In this document: positions 12,225-22,453 of the stretch, in pieces | Position numbering within the stretch: the first letter of the stretch is position 1 | Layout of the letters: each line of letters opens with the position of its first letter | NCBI RefSeq assembly: GCF_011745625.1 | Contig: NW_027191497.1 | Span: forward strand, 1-64,000 | Direction: 5' to 3' | DNA length: 64,000 nucleotides | From: Cladosporium halotolerans | Lineage: Eukaryota | Translations under genes and position numbers: made by a program | Notes under the pieces: model-generated | What the model was told of the DNA's origin: nothing | The model's database searches: none | The model's input: only the letters and a program-made list of their open reading frames with translations

Positions 12225-13229
12225 GATTCTCGTGTTGACTTGAGACAAATCTTATTCTGACTGTCGTTGAGTACGATTGATGAATGAGCGAGTAGAGGAG
12301 ATGAACTGATGCAAAGATCCAGTCTTCGAGATGGACGAGTGAACCGTATTTGTATGCGTCCCAGATGGCATGCCTCGACTGAGCGACAGAACCAACAAAT
12401 TATGATGTTCCTACGTGATTAGTCTCCGCCCATCTGACCGATTGGCAAGATGCACATCCTTCGATAAACAAACGTCTCTCCCATTAGGGTTTGGTAGAGC
12501 AGACTCCATCCAGTGACCTGTAATGGAGGCACATCACGGGTTCACCGATCACAGCCGTCGATTATCCGGCTGTCATTGAAGATGGGTGATTCGTCTGGCC
12601 CTCCTGAAGGTTTCTATCAACGGCTGTCATCTCAAATAGAAGTTCTTCATTCGGACAGACCTGCAGTCGTATCAGGGTTAGCGTTCCCCGGAATGCGATG
12701 CTTCCGGACGTGAAGATGAGGCGATCCCAATTCTGTTAAGGCAACTTCCGTGTTCTATGCCCCAAATATGGCTAGCAGTGAAGAGGGTTCAGGGACATGG
12801 AGACAAGAATAATAAGCTCTGCCTAAGGAAGAACAAGATCAGCCACGTTTGCGATTTGTCACAGGCTAAGCGGCTAGACTGTGGGGTGACATGTGGGGTT
12901 TGACTCCACGCTATGGGTGACCAGCGACTCGTAGGTCGTCCCGGAATTTCGTCAAGCCGAGAGAAAGGGGCTAGAAGCAGTCAGTGTGCGGGAGTCCATG
13001 GTCTCCCAGCTATGGACGTCCAATGACTTGGCCCATTGCCCAAAAGGACGATGTGAGAATGACCCATCTCTCTTTCGCAGCATTGCGTACCGTCGCGATG
13101 TCGTTGACCGGGACTTTGTAGAGCTACAACCACACGCAGGACTTATGATTGATAATACTATAGCACAACCTCGGTGCGCAGTATCTTAACATCCTCGTTG
13201 AACTCACGTTGTGCAACTCCTCATCGTCA

Positions 13230-14438
13230 AGTGTGCCGCGGCGGCATTAGCAAGTCGAAAACCTTTCCACACATGAACGCCTAGAATACTTCGGTCACCA
13301 GCCAAGCATAGCCGTCCGCGTTAGTCGTTGCAAAGGTTTCCCATCGTTTGAATGGCTCCAGGATGGTATTCATGGTCAACAATGCGGCTCATCAGTGATG
13401 GCAATACGAGCCTGTCCCAGTGCGTATGTTCGTGCAGCAAGATAGTACCAAGGGTTTCCACCCCTGTTGATGGGCGAGGGTAGAAGTCGCGGCACGTTAC
13501 TGAAGGAGCGTTTCCGACACCTGTCTCAATACTACCTTTGTAGAATGATTTTGTGAATTGAAAGGTTTTGAGCTTTTCTCTTTCGAAAGCATGAAGTGGT
13601 GGACGAGAGGTACCAAAAATGATGACATGGCGCCTCCCGGCAACTTCGCGCCTTTATGTGGTACGGGAGGCTCGCCTATTCTTCCGAGGGCCGTCACACC
13701 TATCGAGTTCGCGGTCCTTGCTCCCGACGGAACGGCTGGAAGCAACGATGATGAGTCTTAACTATTGTAGCAGCTCACATCCTCGCCGCCATCAGAATTA
13801 TTCAGCTTGTGCTAGTGGAATTCAGAGAACGACGACCTGCCGATCGTGACGGTGCTCGAGACAGCGACGTAATACAACTGGTATGACAGAATGGTAGATG
13901 ATACTTGAGCGCTAGACGCTCTTGATTGACTATGTTTACGTAAATACTTTCCCAGACAATGATAAAGGGCTCTAGCAATCTCAATTTGTGAATTGTTCTT
14001 TTTGTAGGTTATATATACATATGTAAGGAGACGAACCGGGTGACTTCACTTTCAAGCCGGTTTCTAGCCTTGCATTTCCAGAAGGCAGCTTGCAAACACA
14101 CAAAATCCTCGACTGTACCATTTTCGAAATAGTCCGGGTCCAAATCTCCCGTCTCACTTCAGGATTCAGGTAAAGGTCTGCAAATGTTCGGATCCCGGGG
14201 GTTCTTGTCATCAGCCAGGGTAGGGTCCCCAAACTTGTAGTTACATTCCATCGTCCAGAACACCTCGTTGGCAAGCCAGCTGTAGCTGCGTCTTTTCCTC
14301 TTTGGAGCTGTGGCTCTTGATACTAGGTGCTATTTTCTGCAGTCTCAGAAGACCTGAACGTCTACTGCTGAACTCTAGCGGCGTCGCGAGAATGCAAGAA
14401 AGCAAGCTCGCGATCACCATTATGGTCCCAAAGAGCAT
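13230..14438 (-). pseudogene. Degenerate secreted M35/aspzincin-like metalloprotease, paralog of 27781-28631
   Basis: N-terminus MLFGTIMVIASLLSCILATPLE..LQKIAP. C-terminal part VTCRDFYPRPSTGVETLGTILLHEHTHWDRLVLP (HExxH at 13420-13434). A frameshift at ~13335 is followed by ATTNADGYAWLVTEVF*AFMC (TGG>TAG at 13281-13283). The middle is disrupted by stops. Confidence 0.8.
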
Positions 14439-15101
14439 GATTCGAGAAATCTTGGTGATGTCTTCAAGTGTATGGGTTTGTGTAGATGCCGTTGAGGGTA
14501 GGGTCTGTGTCGATCAGATACCTCAGTAGTGTATTGGGTTCTTTGGTTTAAGTTGTGTAGTCGGCTCGAGATGATATCTTATGTGATGGGATTGCGACAA
14601 AATCATGATGTGCTTAGCTGCAACAACACTATTAAATACTCGAGCTGGTCGCAGTGCATCGCCTCGAAAGAGGCAAGATATTACCAGTATCGCTTGGGGG
14701 CTATCAATCTCGATTCATGCACACCATTCCAGGAGTTTCCGTCATGGCCTAGCATGTAGGAATCATAACGAAGACTAGTTCCGCCCAAGGCATCATACCG
14801 TAAATGGCATGTCATCCTCTTGATTTGTGCATTTGAAAACACATGGAAACCAATACGAGGCTCATCAGACCTACAACCCAGATGCTTTCACGTACGCAAT
14901 TCTTGACGGCGTGTTTTCTAGCAGCTGATGAGCACATGCATGCACCGACTGTGCCACGCGGATCGTGACCTGGCGAAAAGCATGTTATGTGAGCGCTTCT
15001 TCCCATTCGATCTCTTTCTGTTCAAAGTACTTTCATGCGCAAACACATTTCACCAAGCGACAGATCTGGAGACGCATACATCACAACGAATTTGCACCGA
15101 T

Positions 15102-15683
15102 ATGGCACAATCTACGTCGCCCGCAGTATCATTCAAGTTTGCAATTATCCCATCTAGCTTCTCGCTCGGTGACCACGTGAAGCTAAACGTCACTGTCTTG
15201 TCGCACCACTCCACTCCCATCACCATACTTACTCATCTGACGATCCTCGACTTGGACTTTGCCCAATCACAGGCTAGATTCAATTACATCGAAAAGGATA
15301 CACAGTCCAATCACGCGCACGTGGAAGTGACCTGCCACGGATATGGCGTCTTCCCTGATCGCGAGAAAGGCGGCACCTTCGACAAATACTTCATCACTCT
15401 GCTGCCCGAACAGCCGTACGTCATCACTGGAACTCTGGAGGCCGCCAAAGCTTCTTCACGCTTGTCACCCGGTCATTGTTATCGCTTCGAGTTGGAACTC
15501 GAGGAAGAGATGATCATACGTTGGTGGGACGGAGAGAGGGAGGCCATCATGGCACCTCCTGGTGAGCGCCAACCCATTGAGGCATCAAGTGGTAAGCCCA
15601 TCATTCTGGGCGGCTTCGAGCCCTTCCAGTTTGATGTCCTCGCTTCAAACAAAGTCATCGAGGAAGGCACGAGTCTTTCTTAG
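15102..15683 (+). CDS. Uncharacterised 193-aa protein without signal peptide (protease-partner family, copy A)
   Basis: Intact ORF from MAQSTSPAV. It is colinear with the 26641-27201 protein (IIPSSFS, YFITLLPEQ, MAPPG, SGKPII). Confidence 0.75.
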   Translation: MAQSTSPAVSFKFAIIPSSFSLGDHVKLNVTVLSHHSTPITILTHLTILDLDFAQSQARFNYIEKDTQSNHAHVEVTCHGYGVFPDREKGGTFDKYFITLLPEQPYVITGTLEAAKASSRLSPGHCYRFELELEEEMIIRWWDGEREAIMAPPGERQPIEASSGKPIILGGFEPFQFDVLASNKVIEEGTSLS

Positions 15684-16254
15684 CCATCAACTCCAGTGAT
15701 ACTGATGATTGATCCTGCCACGAAGAATGTGGAGGTCGCACTGAGCATTATGCCAGGCATCGGTGGTCGCTGAATGACCACATTAGATCTTGCTGTGGGG
15801 ACCTGGGACGGAAGTCGACATCCTGTATTTTCGACAAGCGACGTAGGCACTTGGTGCTTGCAAATGGTGTCAAAAGATCCGAGGCATTGGGGAAAATAGC
15901 ATTTCAGATCTTTCCAAAAATTCGAGACAAAGTTGAGGTTTCTCAAAGTTTCCTCGAAGTTGTCGTACAAATCCATGAAGGCTGTGGTGATTACGACGCC
16001 ATCTTGCCTTATGCGCGCCTATATTTCCAGAGGGCCGAGCTGAAGGTGGAACATTGCTTGATTATTGGTGGAAGCTCGCTTCTTCTGCCCGCGAAGGATT
16101 TGGGTGATATCATTTTTGCGCTTTTCCGGCTGAATACCTATCATGCTTTACAATATCTTGCAACCTCACTTCATCCATTCAGCTTCAGCAAATGATTCGA
16201 AGGCCCTCGAAAAAAGCATAATCCTTACACTCAGGTAATGTTTGACCGGCGACA

Positions 16255-17067
16255 ATGTTGTTCCAGCTCTTTTCCACAATCCTCTACCTGCTCCTCGCCG
16301 CATCGCTTTCTCAAACACACCCGTCTCCACACCTTGACTCGACCCAACAACCCCTCCTCCAACCCCATCATCTCCATAACAACAACACCCTCCGCCCGAT
16401 CACACGAGCCGACATCCCCGCCCTCGCAACAATCTACATCGAAGCCTTCGCCCCCTCCGCCCTATGGCACTACACCTTCCCGCACCTAGACTCCCGCACC
16501 AAACCCGCTCTCCACGCCTGCATCACGGCGCAGCTAACCCAGGCCTGGCCGACGCGAAACAAAACTACAACCTTCGCCAACGTAATCACCGTCCCCGACC
16601 ACGAAGCCGATGGAGCAGACACGGCCGTCGCGCTAGCAGTGTGGAATCTACGCGAAGCCCCAAGCGAGAAAGAAGAAGCCTCGCCCCTCAACGCCTTCAG
16701 CCCCTCCGCTCTGCTGGACAGCTGCAATCCGTGGCCCGGCGCCAACGCGACGCGGCAAGTTTCTCTGGCAGGCCAATTTTCTGAAATCGACGAAAAGTAC
16801 TTCCAGCACGCCTACGAGCGGCAATTCTACCTCGCGCTGCTCGCCACGCACCCGTCGTGGGACGGGAACGGGTTCGGAGCGGCGCACTGCGAGTGGGGGA
16901 TGGGCGTTGCGAAGGCGCGAAATTTGCCGGTGACGCTGCTTGCGACCCAAGTTGGGTGGCCGCTGTACGATTCTCTTGGATTCGAGGGGCTGGCGAATGT
17001 GAGTCTGCGGTTCGATGAGGAGGGCTGGGAAGAACCGTGGTTTGAGGTGATGGAGTGGCACGCATGA
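16255..17067 (+). CDS. GNAT-family N-acetyltransferase with apparent N-terminal signal peptide
   Basis: LRPITRADIPAL start of fold, acetyl-CoA motif FYLALLATHPSWDGNGFG, and LLATQVGWPLYDSLGF. Confidence 0.8.
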   Translation: MLFQLFSTILYLLLAASLSQTHPSPHLDSTQQPLLQPHHLHNNNTLRPITRADIPALATIYIEAFAPSALWHYTFPHLDSRTKPALHACITAQLTQAWPTRNKTTTFANVITVPDHEADGADTAVALAVWNLREAPSEKEEASPLNAFSPSALLDSCNPWPGANATRQVSLAGQFSEIDEKYFQHAYERQFYLALLATHPSWDGNGFGAAHCEWGMGVAKARNLPVTLLATQVGWPLYDSLGFEGLANVSLRFDEEGWEEPWFEVMEWHA

Positions 17068-17334
17068 ACGAAAGCTGGCCGAAGAGCCAGCCGTCACTGG
17101 AAACTTGGCTTAATGTGTGATTGTTTTTCGTTCTATCGTTCTATCGTAGCAGTCTCGCTAGCTATGGCGTGAAGGAATGGTAAGAAGTGGGGTATCTTCG
17201 TTCCGCATCGTGAAACTCCATCCGTGAAATCATAATCCAAAAGAAGAAGACGAAAAGCAAAAGGAACCCTGAATAGCCAGCTCAGACCCAGACGCACCAT
17301 CAAAACCCAAATAAATCAATATTCATCACATCAA

Positions 17335-19128
17335 TCACGCCGAACCGGTGACATTCCCTCCAGGCAGCCCGCCCTCTTCGACCTCCTCTGTCTCGTCAAA
17401 CCAATGCTCCGCGCCTCTCCCACCGCCGATCCAATGCCTAATATCGCACTTGCCCCTTCCCTGGCAGACCTGCTCCCTGCCCAAGTTCTTGAACTTCGGC
17501 CCTGTAGGCCCGTTGACGTAATGGTACTCGCCGGCAAAGCGGTACTGCCTGGGGTCAGACAATGGGTAGTACTTGTCACCCCAGTGGCCGGCGTAGTGGA
17601 ACCAATTTGTCGGAGCGTCGGGAGAGCGGGTGCTGGCGAGAAGGCGCTGGGTGGGAGGATCGTACAGGAAAGAGTGGGCGTTCTGCGCAGGGTCCCAGAG
17701 AGGGCCTCGGTCGGTTTGATCGTGCAAAAGGCCGAAAGGAAGGACATAGGGGTGCAAGCCAGGGGTGGCATACATGGCGTGGGAGCCAGTGGCACTGTAG
17801 ACTACCGGACGCTTGGCGCGACGGGCGGCGGTAGCGTTAGACCAGGTTCCAAGCATCGTGCCGGAGCCGTCTTGGGCGGGCAGGTACTTTTCGACAGCAT
17901 GGTATGTGTATGCTTGACCAAAATTGTGCTCGGAAAGGTAGACATACTCGGGAGTGCCGTTGACGAAGCGCACCACGGTATGCTCCCAGTCACCGACGTG
18001 ATTGCCGAAGCGGACGTTGAGAACGGTGTTGCCGAGGTTGAAAGAGTAGAAAAAGAACCAGAAAGCGTCGACGATACCGTCTTCTTTGGGGACGACAACG
18101 AGGATGGCAGGTGCGCTGCTCCGGCCACCCTTTTGAGGTCGGTTCCTTTCGCCGTTCCAATCACGATCACGCTTCTTAAGGTCGCGATGAGGGGTGGGCG
18201 CTGGGTTCAGAGGATCGAGACACTTGCCAGCAAGAGGGTCGCAAGCTTGGTCGCAGTACGCATCACTGTGCCCGCAATACCCGTAGATTGAGCAGCATTG
18301 ACCGTATTTGCTGCCCTCGCAAGTGAGCCCACTGTTTCCACCGCAGCGACCATCCTCACTGACACGCAAACTGGCGGGAATGCCTCCCGCCTCGTTCGAT
18401 GTCGCTTCTTCTTGATCCTTTAACACTTGCTGCTGTGCACTTTCCAAGTCAAAGTCTTTCAGATCGTCGAGGTTCGGCCACGGGGCGTTGAAGTCGTCGC
18501 TCGGCCGCAGTTCGGGAGCATTTGGGATATTCTTCTTCCCGCCCAACCAGCGCGGCTTTTCTTCCACATTGTCGTTGCTCTGTAAGTATATGTATCTCCC
18601 GCTTCTGCCTCCCTCAAACCCGTTAAGCTCGTCCAGGTTTGTGAGATTGCGGTCATCCTCCATCTCTTCTATCATTGTGTAGTTGACGTAGGGCGAGGTG
18701 TGAACCAAGTGCTCGGCAATATCGCAAGGCCAGTAATTCTCGCCGGAAAACAGGTGAACGTAAGGCGCGTAATCGAAAACGTATTGGGGTATCTCTCGCT
18801 GCTCCCGCTCTTCCTCTGTCCACTGGCCGGAGCCTGCGCCGGAAGACCAGAAATTGATCCACTCCGGCACAGGCTTTGGAATCTTGTCTGCAGCATGCTC
18901 CCACGTCCAGCCAGACTTGTTGAAGCAGTGGAACAAGCCACAGATGCCAATCCATCTGCACATTTGCCGGTCTATCCATAATCTTCCGCTCGCAATCCAT
19001 TCTTTATTCTCAGCCATTTCGGCAGCAGTCATGGTTCCGGTGACATATGTGCCGACTCCGCAGAGCACAATGTAGGTCAGAGCGACCGCTATGAAGCCGG
19101 CGAAGCATCGTTGGCCGAACCGTTGCAT
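17335..19128 (-). CDS. VPS62: Vps62-family protein with N-terminal membrane anchor and inserted chitin-binding (hevein/CBM18) domain
   Basis: IPQYVFDYAPYVHL, DAFWFFFYSFNLGN, FGNHVGDWEH, RPVVYSATGSHAMYA and DRGPLWDP motifs. CBM18 reads RCGGNSGLTC...QCCSIYGYCGHSDAYC. Confidence 0.85.
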   Translation of the reverse strand: MQRFGQRCFAGFIAVALTYIVLCGVGTYVTGTMTAAEMAENKEWIASGRLWIDRQMCRWIGICGLFHCFNKSGWTWEHAADKIPKPVPEWINFWSSGAGSGQWTEEEREQREIPQYVFDYAPYVHLFSGENYWPCDIAEHLVHTSPYVNYTMIEEMEDDRNLTNLDELNGFEGGRSGRYIYLQSNDNVEEKPRWLGGKKNIPNAPELRPSDDFNAPWPNLDDLKDFDLESAQQQVLKDQEEATSNEAGGIPASLRVSEDGRCGGNSGLTCEGSKYGQCCSIYGYCGHSDAYCDQACDPLAGKCLDPLNPAPTPHRDLKKRDRDWNGERNRPQKGGRSSAPAILVVVPKEDGIVDAFWFFFYSFNLGNTVLNVRFGNHVGDWEHTVVRFVNGTPEYVYLSEHNFGQAYTYHAVEKYLPAQDGSGTMLGTWSNATAARRAKRPVVYSATGSHAMYATPGLHPYVLPFGLLHDQTDRGPLWDPAQNAHSFLYDPPTQRLLASTRSPDAPTNWFHYAGHWGDKYYPLSDPRQYRFAGEYHYVNGPTGPKFKNLGREQVCQGRGKCDIRHWIGGGRGAEHWFDETEEVEEGGLPGGNVTGSA

Positions 19129-19967
19129 GGGGAAAGGTGTTTCTGCGAGTGGTGGCCACGACTATGCATTCGGTGATAGTCGCGAGGTTGTTGAGGATCA
19201 CCGGAGCATTGGGTTCGTAGGGCTGTGTGTGTTTGCTTTTAGGGTGGAGGTGGTGAATGTGTAGGTGGTCTATCGGGGCATTGGTGTATGTTGGATGGTG
19301 GGAGGCGACAGAGACAGTAGTGGCGCAAAGAAAGTGGTGAATGCCGTGATCAAGGATGCTCCGGAAGCGGTGGACGATGCGACGTCGATGTGTCAGCGAA
19401 CGTGAGCCAGCCTAACGCCGTGCACGCGAGCAGGCGGTGGGCGAGGTCGGGGCAGGAGTCAGCGTGGTGGTGCCGGCGGAGGGCTGGCAAAGCGCAGGCA
19501 GGCGCGTGACGGTGGTGCGAGTGGTTAAGCTTCCGGCGTCGAGGTTAATCCTCGAGTTGTGTCGCCGTCGCGCCGGATGAGCCGGAGGCCGACACCGCAA
19601 GGACGCAAGGCGTAGGGCGGATCGGGGCGGATTGGGCGTGGCCGGCTTCTGGAATGGCTCGATGGCTGGAGATCCGCGCGCTCGGACGAGGCTCGGGCGC
19701 CCGAATTGCGGAGAGGGCGGCAACTCGGCGTGTCGGCCTCTGCCTGATTGGCGAGGTGTACGAGCGAGGGTAGCAGAAAAAAGAGAGAGAGGACTGTTAC
19801 AAAGCTGCCGTATCGCAGAGCTTTTGCAGCATCTTACGAGTCCCCAAGCGAAGTGGACGGCACGGCGGGCGGTGCGGATGGCGCATGGATGTATGTATAC
19901 TAAGCATTTGCTGCAGGGCCGACTCTTCTCTCCCGGCTCGACTGCGGCTTTCGGGCCCCGGCATGGT

Positions 19968-20096
19968 ACGATGCTGCACATCTCACTGCTAGTCCGCTAC
20001 GATGCTGCACATCTGACTGCTAGTCCAGGACGATAGTGCACATCTGACTGCTAGTCCAGGACGATAGTGCACATCTCACCGTACGATGCACATCTC
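19968..20096. repeat. 31-bp tandem minisatellite (3 full copies plus 2 truncated)
   Basis: Units acgatgctgcacatctcactgctagtccgct / acgatgctgcacatctgactgctagtccagg / acgatagtgcacatctgactgctagtccagg / acgatagtgcacatctcaccgt / acgatgcacatctc. Confidence 0.95.
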
Positions 20097-20633
20097 GCTA
20101 GACCTCAACGGTGCATTACTGAAACTGCCTCCTCTCCCCGCCACGACTCACGCCCAGCAGCTGGACACGTGGTCCAGGCAATGCGAGCGAGGGTGTCGAG
20201 GTGTCGATTGCGTGTATCAGCCAGCAAGGGCGTGCGTCGCTTCGGCGGGCACATGTTCGAGACCGGGGCGCCGATAGGGATTTGAAGCAGCGTCGCCTGC
20301 TCTATCCGGCAGCTCTGGCTGGCTGGGCCGGCGGGCTTTGACGCGGCGTCATGCAGCCAGCGGGCGCCCGCCAAACCGGGACTGCGCCTTAGCGCCGGCT
20401 CGCGCCTTAGGCATCCGTCTGCCAGCCTCGACGCTTCACTTCCATCCACCAGCCGACCAATCAAAGTCCTTGCGCAAACCACGCTCGACTCCACTATACC
20501 ACCCTCGACACCATCTCAAACCTGCTTGTACAGCTCTGCCAAACACGCGTGACTTGATCGTCAGCTTGTGATAGACATCTGCGGCCAATGTTGCGATTTC
20601 TCGTGCCCACGTTCCTGTGAGCTCGCCAGAACA

Positions 20634-22325
20634 ATGGCCACTCCCATGCAGCCATCCGAACGCACTCAATCACGACAATCAACCCAAGATGATACTGGCT
20701 CCGATTCGGAATGGGAATACGAGTATGACAATCACGAGACCGAGCAGATCTACTTCACCCTCGACCTCAGTACTCACGTCCCAAACGCCATCCAGGACAA
20801 GTCTCTCGCCAAGCACGGCCGCGTGATCCGTACAGACACCGCAGACAAGCCCGGAAATGCTTCTCAAGGCCCACAAGCGAGCGATACGCAGGCAAACGGC
20901 CAACTTGACGTCGAACTGCAACCCACGACTGTGCCGCCGGGCGAATTGCAGATATTGAATCTTCACACCGAAAAGCCGTACGTAAAATTCAACAACAGCT
21001 TCTTCGCCTGCTACTGGTTTACGGATCTTGGTACACAATTCTGGATCACCAATCCTGGCGTTACCAACAACCCGAAACTCAGCGGCCATGTTCTCGACGT
21101 CGTCGGCTCTTCGCAGACCAGACTCGTCGGCCGCCCCGCGAACCTGAAGCGCAAACGCGATGTCCCAGAACCCGAGCTCTTGCAGCCACGGAATGCCGCG
21201 CAGCAGCCCATTGACATAGACGTCGAAGATGACGACGCCTCAGGCTCCAGCGACGACGACAACATGAGACCTCCTGCCCTCGACCCTGACCAAGACCCGG
21301 AGCAGCCCATGATCATCCCTCGGCGGCGAATCAAAGACCCGCACCTCGAGGCCCAAGCCAACTTCATGGAGCGTCTCTCCGCTCTCAAACTCCGCCGCGG
21401 CGAGAAAGACGCCCACTCAATCCCCATGAAAGTACCAGTCTACTACCGCGGGGCACACAACCAGGACGAGCTGCGAGCAGCAAACGCCGACCCCTCTACG
21501 CTCGACCCGCCAGCTGCCGATGAAGAGTCCCTCCGCGTGGTGGAAGAGGTCAGGGACAGAGGCGTCCTACACCCTCTCCTCCCGGCTCCAGCCAAGGATT
21601 CAGAACCCCAGCCCCGCCGCGGTGGCGTCCAAAGCTTCATTGCACGCCGGACAGCTCTCGGGTTAGACCCCGGTGACCTTCGGCAACCTCCCAGGAGCAA
21701 AAAACGCGGCCGGCCCAGCAACATTGAGCGAGGACAGCGCGCAGCCGCGCAAGCCGCTGCAGAGGCGCAGGCGCAGGCGGAGGCGGAGGCGGAGGCATTC
21801 GCGCTCGACCCCCAGCTCGGCGGCGCTCAGACGCAAGCCTCGCAAGACGCGAGCGAAGACGTAGACCGAGATTCTAGCGCTGGGCCATCTGGTTCACAAA
21901 CACAAGGCGAGCAGCAACCGCGCAAACGCCGGCGTACGCAAGCTCAGATGGCCGAGGCACGGCGGCTGGACGAGCTGCGGAAAGCCAAGGAGGCTGCGGC
22001 TAAAGACGAGAAGGCTCGCCAGAAGGAGGAAGCCGAGCGACCGGAGACGGAGACATTCGAGACGGATGAGACTGGAAGGAGGGTGGAGAGAAGAGGCAGG
22101 CGGACGAAGAAGGCGATGGAGGCGGAAGAGGAGATGGAGGCTAGAGCTAGGGGGAGAGTTGTAGTACCTGGGCAGGAGGGGAGGGAAATGATTATCAGCT
22201 TTGACGGGGCTGTTGACGAAACCGAGCCTGAGGTTCAACGGGAAGGCGCTGGAGTGGAGGATGAGGGTGCAAATGCGGGGGACGAGGGAGATGAAGAAGA
22301 CGCTGCTGGGTCGCCTGAAGCGTAG
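20634..22325 (+). CDS. TFIIIC triple-barrel (TFIIIC_sub6)-domain protein with AT-hook-like motif and charged tail
   Basis: EWEYEYD..ETEQIYFTLDLS, LQILNLHTEKPYVKFNNSFF.C.W..DLGT and KKRGRPS. ATG 20634 is preferred over the upstream GTG start. Confidence 0.7.
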   Translation: MATPMQPSERTQSRQSTQDDTGSDSEWEYEYDNHETEQIYFTLDLSTHVPNAIQDKSLAKHGRVIRTDTADKPGNASQGPQASDTQANGQLDVELQPTTVPPGELQILNLHTEKPYVKFNNSFFACYWFTDLGTQFWITNPGVTNNPKLSGHVLDVVGSSQTRLVGRPANLKRKRDVPEPELLQPRNAAQQPIDIDVEDDDASGSSDDDNMRPPALDPDQDPEQPMIIPRRRIKDPHLEAQANFMERLSALKLRRGEKDAHSIPMKVPVYYRGAHNQDELRAANADPSTLDPPAADEESLRVVEEVRDRGVLHPLLPAPAKDSEPQPRRGGVQSFIARRTALGLDPGDLRQPPRSKKRGRPSNIERGQRAAAQAAAEAQAQAEAEAEAFALDPQLGGAQTQASQDASEDVDRDSSAGPSGSQTQGEQQPRKRRRTQAQMAEARRLDELRKAKEAAAKDEKARQKEEAERPETETFETDETGRRVERRGRRTKKAMEAEEEMEARARGRVVVPGQEGREMIISFDGAVDETEPEVQREGAGVEDEGANAGDEGDEEDAAGSPEA

Positions 22326-22453
22326 TGTATCTAGGTACGATCGATGTATGAAACATGTACTAACACTCTCAATTTGATGCAATCAATACAGAAAGAGAAG
22401 CGCAACTGAGCCATGGGTATCAAACACTCTTTATCCTTCCACCTGAATTCGAT

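Noticed and set aside
14880..14985. Hammerhead ribozyme-like CTGATGA...CGAAA
   Set aside because: Stems I and II cannot be formed properly around the core.
19968..20096. CRISPR-like array
   Set aside because: The repeats are contiguous with no unique spacers, in a eukaryotic context without cas genes.
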